From sequence record SRR22947725_3573: a stretch of 34,391 nucleotides of DNA. The stretch is one strand, 5' to 3'. Each line of letters opens with the position of its first letter. Within the stretch, counting starts at the first letter, position 1. Positions 1-8,727 of this stretch are shown piece after piece. Under the pieces are notes generated by a model. That model had not been told where the DNA came from. It worked only from the letters and a program-made list of their open reading frames with translations, and did not search any database. The position numbers were made by a program, and so were the translations under genes.

Positions 1-130
1 CGATACTCCCTGACTCTTCTTGAATTTCTTGATTCATATCACAACTGACGATAAAAAAAGAAATAAAAAGATAAGTAATATTTCTAATCACCTGACAAAC
101 AGATTTATGAATTCTTGGTGATTCTTTCAT
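1..130 (-). CDS. N-terminal part of a probable lipoprotein (runs off the window edge)
   Basis: Manual translation from ATG at 130: MKESPRIHKSVCQVIRNITYLFISFFIVSCDMNQEIQEESGSI..., with no stop before the edge and a hydrophobic stretch ending in a lipobox-like IVSC. Not in the ORF track. Start uncertain. Confidence 0.55.
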   Translation of the reverse strand, partial: MKESPRIHKSVCQVIRNITYLFISFFIVSCDMNQEIQEESGSI

Positions 131-157
131 AGCTAACTTTTCTTTGCCTTAAAAGTT

Positions 158-187
158 AAAAAAGGCAGCTGCTTGAACAGCTGCCCC
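158..187 (-). terminator. Rho-independent terminator of the COG0523 gene
   Basis: Stem GGCAGCTG(164-171)/CAGCTGCC(178-185) with a 6-nt loop, followed on the minus strand by a T6 run, about 40 nt past the stop codon. Confidence 0.8.
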
Positions 188-224
188 GGAGCTAGGGGAC
201 TAACTCCTTAGGTGTAAATCTTCG

Positions 225-1487
225 CTAACCTACATGAGTCTCGGCTAATTCTTCCTCTTCGACTTCACTTGACTCTTGTTCTGTCATGGCCTGCTTAATC
301 TGCTCTTCAAATTCAAAAGGATCTTCGTAGTTCTTCCAAGCATCAGGCCCTAAGGCAAATTCTTCGTCCGTTAACAGGCAATCATTCAACTTCTTTGTCA
401 GTTTTTCTTCATCCAAGTGAACTCCTATAAAGACAATCTCTTGTTTGCGGTCGCCGTAAGCTCCCTTAAAAGTCTCCTTTATATAATCAGCATACTCGTC
501 TTTAAGCTCAGGCTCATCTATCATAGCCGCAGCAAGCCATTTCCCCTCGAGACCATAATCTCCCAAAGCTCCAGCAATTTGCATAGACAAGGCATAATCA
601 TTTACACTAGCTAACCAAAAAGTTCCCTTAGAACGAATTACTTCATCTAACTCATCATGTACAAAAGAAAAGAATCTTTGTGGATGAAAGGGCTTTCGTA
701 CCTGATAACAAAAAGAGGTAACATTGAATTCATCTGATTCACTAGTTTCCTGCCCCAACATGGTCTTCATCCATAGCGGAGACTTGGACGCTTTTTCAAA
801 ATCAAAAAGACCAGTATTTATAATCTCTGTAAGGTCAACGCGACTGTAGTCTGTTTTTATAATTTTGGTGTCTGTATTCAAAGATCGAACAATCTGCTCT
901 GTCCGATAGATGTCTTCTTTAGTGCATTCTGAAACTTTATTCATGATAACAACATCAGCGAATTCTAATTGATCCACCAACAATGCTGAAAGTGAGCGTT
1001 CATCTTCTTCTGATAGAAACTCTTCGCGATCTGTAAGGATATCTGTTGACTTAAAATCTTTTGAGAAATTAAAAGTATCAACAACAGTGACCATGGTATC
1101 CAGCTGCGCGACTTCTTTTAAAGAAAATCCATCTTCATCTTCAAACTCAAATGTTTCGGCAACCGGCATAGGCTCCGAAATGCCCGTAGATTCAATAAGA
1201 AGATAATCAAACCTATCCTCTTTGGCCAAACGTTGAATCTCAACGAGAAGATCTTCTCGTAAGGTGCAACAAATACAGCCATTAGACAATTCTATTAGTT
1301 TTTCATCTTTTTGAGATAAGGCATCCCCATTTTTACTTATTAATTGGGAATCAATATTTATTTCAGCCATATCATTAACAATGAGCGCGACCTTAAGCCC
1401 CTCTTTATTATTCAAAATATGACTAAGTAAAGTCGTTTTACCTGATCCTAGGAAGCCCGACAAAACTGTTACTGGTAATTTTTTCAT
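225..1487 (-). CDS. COG0523/CobW-family P-loop GTPase, zinc metallochaperone (ZigA/YciC-like)
   Basis: Walker A GFLGSGKTT, metal-binding GCICC motif, Walker B LLIESTG, NKxS G4, and a CobW_C-like C-terminus (RKPFHPQRF, RSKG.FW, GDRKQEIVFIG). Confidence 0.95.
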   Translation of the reverse strand: MKKLPVTVLSGFLGSGKTTLLSHILNNKEGLKVALIVNDMAEINIDSQLISKNGDALSQKDEKLIELSNGCICCTLREDLLVEIQRLAKEDRFDYLLIESTGISEPMPVAETFEFEDEDGFSLKEVAQLDTMVTVVDTFNFSKDFKSTDILTDREEFLSEEDERSLSALLVDQLEFADVVIMNKVSECTKEDIYRTEQIVRSLNTDTKIIKTDYSRVDLTEIINTGLFDFEKASKSPLWMKTMLGQETSESDEFNVTSFCYQVRKPFHPQRFFSFVHDELDEVIRSKGTFWLASVNDYALSMQIAGALGDYGLEGKWLAAAMIDEPELKDEYADYIKETFKGAYGDRKQEIVFIGVHLDEEKLTKKLNDCLLTDEEFALGPDAWKNYEDPFEFEEQIKQAMTEQESSEVEEEELAETHVG

Positions 1488-1509
1488 ATAAACCCTCGCT
1501 ATTTTCGAT

Positions 1510-1529
1510 ATTGATAAATCATTATCATT
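1510..1529. promoter_or_regulatory. Fur/Zur-like operator, copy 1
   Basis: ATTGATAAATCATTATCATT, an imperfect palindrome (consensus AATGATAA-N4-TTATCATT) about 20 nt upstream of the COG0523 start. It overlaps a minus-strand TATAAT at 1527-1532. Confidence 0.6.
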
Positions 1530-1584
1530 ATAAGGATACTAATAGTAGAGAAATAAATGAACTACAAGTAATCTATATTATTTT

Positions 1585-1604
1585 AATGAGAATTTATTAT
1601 CATT
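1585..1604. promoter_or_regulatory. Fur/Zur-like operator, copy 2
   Basis: AATGAGAATTTATTATCATT, 16/20 identical to copy 1 and 75 bp away. Confidence 0.6.
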
Positions 1605-1817
1605 AATAAGGGATATATCCCTATCATTGCGAGGTGGAGCTTGGATGAGTCACGGCATACGTTGCGATTCTTCTGGCCTGTACGGCGCCAACCCCAAACG
1701 TCTGAGTTATTGGCGTGGTTTTAGACTTATCTTACGAGTCAAATGATTCATCAGCTTAAACAGAAGCAGCTGAAACCTTCAGCCCTATATACATTTAAGC
1801 TAATTGTAGATCCCCAA

Positions 1818-2096
1818 TCAGTCAGTCTCATTTGATGGGCTATCTGGTTTCTTGGAATTAGGAGCTGCCTTTTTAACGCGAATTTTATAGCCGTCGAGCA
1901 TCTTATCGTTGAGATTCTTCATCGCCGCTTTAGCTTCTCCTGGCTTTGGCATTTCAACAAATGCAAAACCTTTTGATTCACCACTTTCTTGGTCTTTAAT
2001 AAGCTTACAGTACTGAACTTTGCCGTACTCTGTGAATAACTTCAACAACTGTTTCTCTGTCGTCGAACGCTCTAAGTTTCGCACTAATAACTTCAT
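1818..2096 (-). CDS. RNA-binding protein (single RRM domain)
   Basis: RNP-2-like LLVRNL and RNP-1 KGFAFVEM. A GGAG SD fits ATG 2096 (alternative 2099). Confidence 0.92.
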   Translation of the reverse strand: MKLLVRNLERSTTEKQLLKLFTEYGKVQYCKLIKDQESGESKGFAFVEMPKPGEAKAAMKNLNDKMLDGYKIRVKKAAPNSKKPDSPSNETD

Positions 2097-2193
2097 CATC
2101 TCTCCAAGGGTATATTTTGTCCCATTATCGACGCCTTATGATCAATGTCAAGGCTCACTTATACATTCAGAAACTTAAAGCCTTCACTAAGTG

Positions 2194-2703
2194 CTAAAAG
2201 AGAGGTTCAAAATATTCATTGTGAGTTAAATACAAACGAAGATCGAATTCAAGCTGATGGTAGTTCGGCTCCATGTGCTGGCAGAGTTTATAAAAAGCTT
2301 TATTGTGCTCCTTCTCTTTAAGATGCGCCAGCTCATGAACAACGATGACCCGTAAGAATTCAAGCGGAACTCTCTTCAACACTCCAGCGACGCGAATTTC
2401 ATTCTTACTTTTTAGCTTATTCCCTTGCACTCGTGAAACAAAAGAATGTAAGCCCAAAGCCTGCTTTTTAAGTGTCAGCTTGTTATCAAATAAAACTTTA
2501 CTCAGCGGTGAAGACTTGCGTAAAAACCTATTCTTCAAAGCCATAACATACTCATATAAAGCTTTATCTGTACGGATCTGATGAGCAACCGGGTATTTCT
2601 TCATGAGAAGTTCCGATAACGACTGTTTCTCAATCAAACCCGCGACTTGTTCTAAAACATCCTGGGGGTAAGCGGCAAGATACTTAAACTGATAATTGGA
2701 CAT
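2194..2703 (-). CDS. ygjP: YgjP-like (DUF45) metal-dependent hydrolase
   Basis: VVHELAHLKEKEHNKAFYKLCQHMEPNYHQLEFDLRLYL matches the YgjP family C-terminus. The family N-terminus (KYLAAYP) favours ATG 2703 over the track start at 2784. Confidence 0.88.
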   Translation of the reverse strand: MSNYQFKYLAAYPQDVLEQVAGLIEKQSLSELLMKKYPVAHQIRTDKALYEYVMALKNRFLRKSSPLSKVLFDNKLTLKKQALGLHSFVSRVQGNKLKSKNEIRVAGVLKRVPLEFLRVIVVHELAHLKEKEHNKAFYKLCQHMEPNYHQLEFDLRLYLTHNEYFEPLF

Positions 2704-2868
2704 AAACCGACTGCTTTGATTAACTTTTCGCCCCAACGATAAAACCACCCACCAATATATCCAATTCACTCTCACAACTTTCACTAAAATGCGAAGTTCT
2801 CACCTCTAATGCTGGTATAGAAGCATTGACGAATTACTGGTAGCCTCAACTAAAGAAAGGATCCTCCA

Positions 2869-3084
2869 TTGAAAGAAGTCGAAATTCACAACGAGCCTAT
2901 CGAGCTCTTTAAACTTTTAAAGTTTACCAGCCTAGTTGCCAGTGGTGGCGAAGCCAAAGTTGTTATTGAAAATGGCGAAGTAAAAGTCAATGGTGAGACT
3001 GAAACTAAAAAGCGCAAAAAAATCAACTCTGGAGATATTATTAGCTTTGATGATGTGACTGTTAAGGTTAAGCTCGCCGACTAA
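2869..3084 (+). CDS. S4-domain RNA-binding protein (YbcJ/YaaA-like)
   Basis: IELFKLLKF...SGGEAK..I..GEVKVNGE.ET.KRKKI..GD signature. TTG start preceded by an AAGGA SD. Confidence 0.92.
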   Translation: MKEVEIHNEPIELFKLLKFTSLVASGGEAKVVIENGEVKVNGETETKKRKKINSGDIISFDDVTVKVKLAD

Positions 3085-3383
3085 TAGCCCAACTCATTTA
3101 ACTGCTGCATCAACTGCCGGTAATAGTCTTGTATTAACATAAAAGACCAAATACTGACGCCCAAAATAACCACTGTTAAAATTATTTTGACTGCGAGCTT
3201 ATACTTGGGGTTACTCCATACCAGAGGCAATGCCAGTGGCCCTACTGAAAGTAAGGCAAGAACAACTACAGTAGTCGAATAATACCACGTCTCTTTTTCT
3301 TGTAAAAATTCATTGCAGAAGCGGCACTTAACGGCCTCTTCTTGAATTTCTTCCGCACAAAAGGGACATTTCTTCAATATCAT
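3081..3383 (-). CDS. Zinc-ribbon (CxxC...CxxC) membrane protein
   Basis: KKCPFCAEEIQEEAVKCRFCNE followed by two hydrophobic helices. GAGG SD present. Confidence 0.85.
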   Translation of the reverse strand: MILKKCPFCAEEIQEEAVKCRFCNEFLQEKETWYYSTTVVVLALLSVGPLALPLVWSNPKYKLAVKIILTVVILGVSIWSFMLIQDYYRQLMQQLNELGY

Positions 3384-3437
3384 TTCCTCAACAAAATTCG
3401 CTTGCTAATATCATAAGAAAATTAATTAAACTTCGCA

Positions 3438-3617
3438 TCAGCCTGCAGAACTAATAGGCCCACGATCTTCAAGTTCATTGATGACTGTCAATAATTCGGC
3501 AGCATTGAAAGGCTTTTCTAAAATACCATCATTGCGATGGATCCCTTCTATTCTTTGATTCGGCTCAACAATGGCAATAATACACGACTCCTGATGTTTG
3601 CGACGAAATTCATTCAA
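3438..3617 (-). pseudogene. C-terminal half of a response-regulator receiver-like domain (59 aa from TTG)
   Basis: Manual translation (L)NEFRRKHQESCIIAIVEPNQRIEGIHRNDGILEKPFNAAELLTVINELEDRGPISSAG*, which includes the receiver KPF motif and terminal helix. No phosphoacceptor half is present upstream. Confidence 0.5.
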
Positions 3618-3657
3618 CCTTATTAATATACTTAAAATATAAAATGACGCCTAGAAC

Positions 3658-4845
3658 TCAAAATACTGATACTGACGGGTGCCCCTTCACTGCCAAAGAA
3701 GTTTCCTGGGCCATCAACCAAAAGATTTGTTCTATACTCGACAAACTTTCAGGGAGTTCTTGAGAGCTCAGCATTGAAGAGTAAGTATCTGCTTCCGATG
3801 GGTGGTAACCATGCATACCCTTACACCCCTTTTGCCCCATAAAACTAGGCACTATTTGAATGCCCCCCTTCATCATAAAAACACACTCGCCAAATTGTCC
3901 ATCTTCAAAGTAAGTCCCCTCTTGACGAAGTTCTTCATCTGACATAATCCAGCCTTTAGACGATTTCGATAGTAGTGATTTTATTTGAGATCGAGCTTCA
4001 TCATTAAAGAACCAAAAACGAGCCATTGTTGAATCATATACAGCGACATAATCCTTCTCAAACGTTAAGCCCAGCTCTTCAATTTCAGCAATAAGGTCGT
4101 GCTCTTCTTGGACGTCGTGCATGCCATGGTCACTAAATACATACAGAGAAACCTCTTCATAAGAGTTCAATGCAGCCTCATAAAGCTCGCGAATTTGCTG
4201 ATCGTACCAAGACATCAAGTCATCAATTTTTTGACCGGTTTTACCTATATGGTGCATTAAGCCATCGAGTTTACCAAGGGTAATATAAGCCAACTCTGGG
4301 CTCTCATCTTGCATACTCGACTTTAATTCTGCCAAGTTAAATTCATCGCTGTTATAGCCACTTGGCACATAATACTTCTTCCCAGCTTCTGTCAGATGAT
4401 CAAAAATACTTTTACCGGCATTGAGCCCACCTGGTTTCCAAATACTGTTTTTCTCCGCATAATCAAAAATAGGCAGGTACTTAAAAGGCACATTATAAAC
4501 TTGAAAATAGCCACTAAACTTATGACGTTTCGCAATAATTTTACTGAGCTTACTGCGCGTGCGGTGGTTATTCATAATAAAAGAAGGCAAAAAACGAAAG
4601 GGCTTTACCCAAGAATAAGGGCAGTTACCTGGGGCATAATAAAAGCTGGACCAATGCTTATGCTGAAAAGGCTTGAGCCCAGAAATAATCGACGGATCAC
4701 AGGCACAAGAATAACCGAGAATAGAACGTAGCTTTTTCTCGTCTTTTACTAAGCCCTTCAGGAAATCCGGATAGCGTTGGCGGACTTCCCAACCAAAAGC
4801 ATCAATAAAAACGAATAAGGCTAACTTTTTATTTTTCTCTGCCAT
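3658..4845 (-). CDS. Alkaline-phosphatase-superfamily nucleotide pyrophosphatase/phosphodiesterase
   Basis: FVFIDAFGW, LGYS putative nucleophile region, LDGLMH, FSDHGM and GMHGYHP metal-ligand motifs. No signal peptide. Confidence 0.85.
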   Translation of the reverse strand: MAEKNKKLALFVFIDAFGWEVRQRYPDFLKGLVKDEKKLRSILGYSCACDPSIISGLKPFQHKHWSSFYYAPGNCPYSWVKPFRFLPSFIMNNHRTRSKLSKIIAKRHKFSGYFQVYNVPFKYLPIFDYAEKNSIWKPGGLNAGKSIFDHLTEAGKKYYVPSGYNSDEFNLAELKSSMQDESPELAYITLGKLDGLMHHIGKTGQKIDDLMSWYDQQIRELYEAALNSYEEVSLYVFSDHGMHDVQEEHDLIAEIEELGLTFEKDYVAVYDSTMARFWFFNDEARSQIKSLLSKSSKGWIMSDEELRQEGTYFEDGQFGECVFMMKGGIQIVPSFMGQKGCKGMHGYHPSEADTYSSMLSSQELPESLSSIEQIFWLMAQETSLAVKGHPSVSVF

Positions 4846-4847
4846 TA

Positions 4848-6107
4848 TTACCGCTTATCTCCTAACAATTTTTCATATATAGCTAAGTTCTGTTCTGCAA
4901 TTACCTGCCAATCGTAGTCCTTCACCTTCTCTAAGGCGGCGGTAACTAAAGTGGACTGTAAATCTTTATTCACCAATAATTTTTGTAATGATTGACTCAA
5001 AGCTTCTTGGTCGTCATCTTTAAATAATAATATATCTTTTCCATCTTCTGTAAAACCACTGACTCCACCGACATTCGACGCTATAACAGGAATCCCAGCA
5101 GACCACGCTTCCAAAATCACGATACCAAAAGGCTCATGTCGCGATGGCAGCACAAAGATATCTGCAGCGTGATACGCCTGAACTAAACGAGGATCCGTCG
5201 CTTTGAGGCCTGGAATAATTGTCACTCTTTCTTCTAAAGATTTTTCTTTAATAAAATCTTCAAGTTCACGCCCATAGCTTTCGACTGTTAGCGGTCCAAT
5301 CAGTAATAAATGCAGATCTTCACCAGTAGCCAATAAGTCGGCACAAGAATGAAGCAATAATAGTTGGTTCTTTTGAGGATCTAGTCGCGATACACAAAGA
5401 ATAACTTTTCTTGTAGAAGGTATACCAAACTCTTGCCGAAAATCACCGGGAGACACTTTTTGAAATAAAGCCGTATTGACCCCATTGGCCTGATACACAA
5501 CATTCTTCTCGGGGTATTTCTGTTTCATTAATTGATACTCATCGCGACCAACACAGATAACTGCATCTGCATCTTTCAAAACTCGACGTGAACCCAAGAG
5601 TGCGCCAAAAAACTTACCCCACTCCCACTTACCTTTAAAAGGAGTTTTCATTTCAGTCGCCTGTTCGTCCGAAAGGGTTAAATTCCCGCCGTGTAAGGTG
5701 ACCACATACGGGATTTTACGCCAGCGAGCGACTGTTCTGACTATACCACCTAGACGGTGTTCGGTATGCGCGTGCAATATAGAAATATCTTTTTGCGACA
5801 GAAGGTAAAAAAGCATTTTCAAGCACAAAGGGCTGCCTCCCTTTAAAGTCAACTTCTTTTTTGCCTCTGGACTCAACCCCAACCAAGGGAAAACATATGG
5901 AAAGCGACAAACACGGACAAGTCCCATTTCTTCTGAGCCAGGCTTAGACAACATATCTGTAGATAAAACGGGACTTTGCACGCCTTTTTGTTCGTACTGC
6001 TGCGACAAATTATAAACGACAGACTCCGTCCCCCCCCAGTCACTCTCACTAAAGCGTCGAACAACATGATAAACCTTAGTCACTTTATCTGTTGGATTCT
6101 TGGACAT
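4848..6107 (-). CDS. Glycosyltransferase family 4
   Basis: GGTE N-terminal motif, VSRLDPQKNQ, and DIFVLPSRHEPFGIVILEAWSAGIPVIASNVGG (Ex7E). Confidence 0.95.
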   Translation of the reverse strand: MSKNPTDKVTKVYHVVRRFSESDWGGTESVVYNLSQQYEQKGVQSPVLSTDMLSKPGSEEMGLVRVCRFPYVFPWLGLSPEAKKKLTLKGGSPLCLKMLFYLLSQKDISILHAHTEHRLGGIVRTVARWRKIPYVVTLHGGNLTLSDEQATEMKTPFKGKWEWGKFFGALLGSRRVLKDADAVICVGRDEYQLMKQKYPEKNVVYQANGVNTALFQKVSPGDFRQEFGIPSTRKVILCVSRLDPQKNQLLLLHSCADLLATGEDLHLLLIGPLTVESYGRELEDFIKEKSLEERVTIIPGLKATDPRLVQAYHAADIFVLPSRHEPFGIVILEAWSAGIPVIASNVGGVSGFTEDGKDILLFKDDDQEALSQSLQKLLVNKDLQSTLVTAALEKVKDYDWQVIAEQNLAIYEKLLGDKR

Positions 6108-6311
6108 TCTCTTTACTTACTCCGGCATTTTTTTGAGCTCACTCCCAGTATCAACAATTGTAGCAATTTATGCAAAGAAATCACAGAAAAAACTAAGACT
6201 TTATCAACTTCCAAAAAGAAAAGTCCTCTCTATCGCTAGCTAAGCTTGGAAGATAGCTTAAAAATGACTACAATTACTAAGGCAACAAACGGGACTGTCC
6301 GAGCTCAACTC

Positions 6312-7517
6312 ATGGTAATACAGAACAACTCAACTCTGAAAACTGCAAACTTACAGCATATCGTCTGGGTCAATAGCTATGCGTCCTTTAAAGGTGGCGC
6401 TGAAAAGTATATCCACCAAACGGCTCAGCTTCTACAGAATGCTGGAGTATCATGCACCTTAATTTACTCTGTAAACGACCCAGTCGATCCTGAGTTCACT
6501 GCCGCTTTTGCTCAAGCTTTTCCTGCTGTGGATATAGATTTACAGCTAAAATCTCTCAATCCTGACCTTATTTACCTTCATCAATGGCCTGCTGATGTAA
6601 CCTTAGAAAAGCTCCTTTCAGCTGGTTTGCCTATTATGCGCTTTATTCATGATTCTGAAATATTTAGAAGCTCGAATACGCACCTCACCACATTAGGCCG
6701 AAAAGAAAGCACCGTTCCAGAAAATTATAAATTTTACCACCCGTTGATTGAGAAGGCACAATACCTTAAGAATTGCTTTTTATACCAATGCAATATCAAA
6801 GGCTTCGGGCACGCCAATCGGCAACTAAGTATGCGCTGTGATAAATTATTAGTTGCATCTGAATATATGCGACAAGAGCTACTTAAGCACGGCCTCGCTG
6901 ATGACAAAATTGCCGTTATTCCTCTCTTTGTACAAATACCGCCAAAACCTACACAAAAGTACAAAAAAAATGACCATCTTCTTTTTGTAGGACAACTTAT
7001 TCGGGGCAAGGGCCTTGATATACTATTACAAGCCATGGCCAAACTTGACTCTCTTCCAAAGTTAACAGTCTGTGGTACTGGTCGCCAAGAAAAAGATCTA
7101 AAAAAGCTCTGTAGCTATCTCAAACTGGATCATAAAGTAAAATTTGAGGGATATGTTACACAAATAGAACTACAAAAATTTTATCAAAAAGCCTCATGTG
7201 TAGTTGTCCCAAGTCGTGCCCCCGAAACTTTTTGCCTGGTAGGCCCTGAAGCCATGGCCAACCAAACTACCGTAATTGCCAGCTCATTAGGTGGGATGCC
7301 AAGTTGGCAACAGGAAGACTCCGTCCTTACTTTTGAAGCCAACAATATCAACTCCCTAAAACAAGCTTTAGAAACTATTCTGACAGATAAAGTCTATGCT
7401 GAAAAGCTCGCTCAGAAAGGCTATACTTTTTGTAAAAATAACTTCAATTCAGATATCCACATTACGAAGCTCATGAATATATTCACCCGTTACCTAGGGA
7501 CTTTAAATCATGAATAA
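6312..7517 (+). CDS. Glycosyltransferase family 4
   Basis: GGAEKY, FVGQLIRGKG and VVPSRAPETFCLVGPEAMA (Ex7E). Start uncertain (6246, 6264 or 6312). Confidence 0.92.
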   Translation: MVIQNNSTLKTANLQHIVWVNSYASFKGGAEKYIHQTAQLLQNAGVSCTLIYSVNDPVDPEFTAAFAQAFPAVDIDLQLKSLNPDLIYLHQWPADVTLEKLLSAGLPIMRFIHDSEIFRSSNTHLTTLGRKESTVPENYKFYHPLIEKAQYLKNCFLYQCNIKGFGHANRQLSMRCDKLLVASEYMRQELLKHGLADDKIAVIPLFVQIPPKPTQKYKKNDHLLFVGQLIRGKGLDILLQAMAKLDSLPKLTVCGTGRQEKDLKKLCSYLKLDHKVKFEGYVTQIELQKFYQKASCVVVPSRAPETFCLVGPEAMANQTTVIASSLGGMPSWQQEDSVLTFEANNINSLKQALETILTDKVYAEKLAQKGYTFCKNNFNSDIHITKLMNIFTRYLGTLNHE

Positions 7518-8727
7518 ACTCGCTCATAACTGGGGACGTTTTAGCGCTCAAGGGAGTGATTCTTTTGAAGTGGAAATGACCAAGAAAGTCTCTGAATTAT
7601 GCGAATCGCTAAAACAACTCATTCTACCCAAGGACTACCGTTGTCTCATTCTTCTCGGCGGTTATGGTCGTGGTGAAGGCGGCGTCATTTGCGAAAATGG
7701 CCAGGAAGCTCCCCATAATAATTTCGATCTAATGTTGGTCACAGAAAACATTAACGAAGATAAACAGCAGAAACTTAATAAAAGTATTCGAGAATTACTC
7801 GATGACTTTGAACAGCAAAACCCTAATTTTAACTTAGATATTAGCCTTATAGACGCTAACAAGTTAAGAACTGCTTCTTGTCTCATCATGTGGTACGACA
7901 TGAAAAATGGCCACAAAACACTTTTAGGTGATGATAAATTCATTGACGATATACCACAATTTTCTCTGAAAAATATCCCCACATGGGATGCCAAAAATCT
8001 ACTCATAAACCGTGGCACCCTTCTCTTGATCAATGATTTAATCCTTCATTCTGAAACACTTAAGGAGGGCCAAAAACGACTCATAATAAAACATGCCATG
8101 AAAGCCATTATTGGTTATGGCGACACTTTACTCTTTTTTCATGGACAATATCACTGGAGCTATCTGGAAAAGCTCAAGAGAATTAAAGAATTAAAGTCTA
8201 TAGATTTTAAATTCCGTCAACTGTATGAAGAAGCAGCGGGCTTTCGCCTAAAAGCTGACTATAAGGCCTACCTAAATTGCGACTTAAAAGAGTGGATGGA
8301 AGATCTCAGAAAGCTTTTGGGGCCTATCATGCTAGAATGCGAGAAAATGCGCCTTAAGGATCCTCTCCTCAACTGGCAAAGCTATCTAGAGGAAGCATCT
8401 GCAGCTGCCTTGATTGACGACATCTCTCTCAAAGGGGTAGCTCGTAAAATCCGCAACCTTTCTATTCAGGAGAAAGCGTCTCAAGGTTTACCTGCCTTTT
8501 CCTCTTTTGGATTCAAAAGCATGAATCATACAGCTCGTCTTTCTTTATTTTTCCCGTTAGCTGCTTATCAACTCAATGATAGGGCCTACCTTAAAAGAGC
8601 ATGCCGATTCTTTGAAAAAGGTGAGCTTTCGACAAAAACACTTTGCCAAGAATATTTGCGCTATTGGGGAACTTATGTCGATAAGAATTTTCAAAATGTC
8701 ATAAGTAAATACGGGATTCAATTATGA
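7510..8727 (+). CDS. Pol-beta-superfamily nucleotidyltransferase-like protein of unknown function
   Basis: LILLGGYGRGEG...PHNNFDLMLV resembles the hG[GS]x9-13DhD NTase motif, with a later LDISL strand and a helical C-terminal domain. Overlaps both neighbouring genes. Confidence 0.7.
   Translation: MNKLAHNWGRFSAQGSDSFEVEMTKKVSELCESLKQLILPKDYRCLILLGGYGRGEGGVICENGQEAPHNNFDLMLVTENINEDKQQKLNKSIRELLDDFEQQNPNFNLDISLIDANKLRTASCLIMWYDMKNGHKTLLGDDKFIDDIPQFSLKNIPTWDAKNLLINRGTLLLINDLILHSETLKEGQKRLIIKHAMKAIIGYGDTLLFFHGQYHWSYLEKLKRIKELKSIDFKFRQLYEEAAGFRLKADYKAYLNCDLKEWMEDLRKLLGPIMLECEKMRLKDPLLNWQSYLEEASAAALIDDISLKGVARKIRNLSIQEKASQGLPAFSSFGFKSMNHTARLSLFFPLAAYQLNDRAYLKRACRFFEKGELSTKTLCQEYLRYWGTYVDKNFQNVISKYGIQL

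Noticed and set aside
1625..1735. Minus-strand frame ITQTFGVGAVQARRIATY resembling the HhH motif of IS110 transposases
   Set aside because: Only about 35 codons between stops, with no start and no other transposase motifs. Too weak without a profile search.
1730..1756. Minus-strand CTGATGA suggesting a hammerhead ribozyme
   Set aside because: No correctly placed GAAA (GTAA instead), and stems I and III cannot be formed.
1750..1772. TCAG...GAAGCAGC resembling the SRP RNA helix 8 motif
   Set aside because: Lacks the CAGG-stem-GNRA-stem arrangement and the long flanking helix.
1490..1817. Cobalamin or ZTP riboswitch ahead of the CobW-family gene
   Set aside because: No B12-box or ZTP consensus elements were recognisable on the minus strand.
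6160..6176. Sigma54-like TTGCATAAATTGCT in the divergent spacer
   Set aside because: The required GG-N10-GC spacing is not met.
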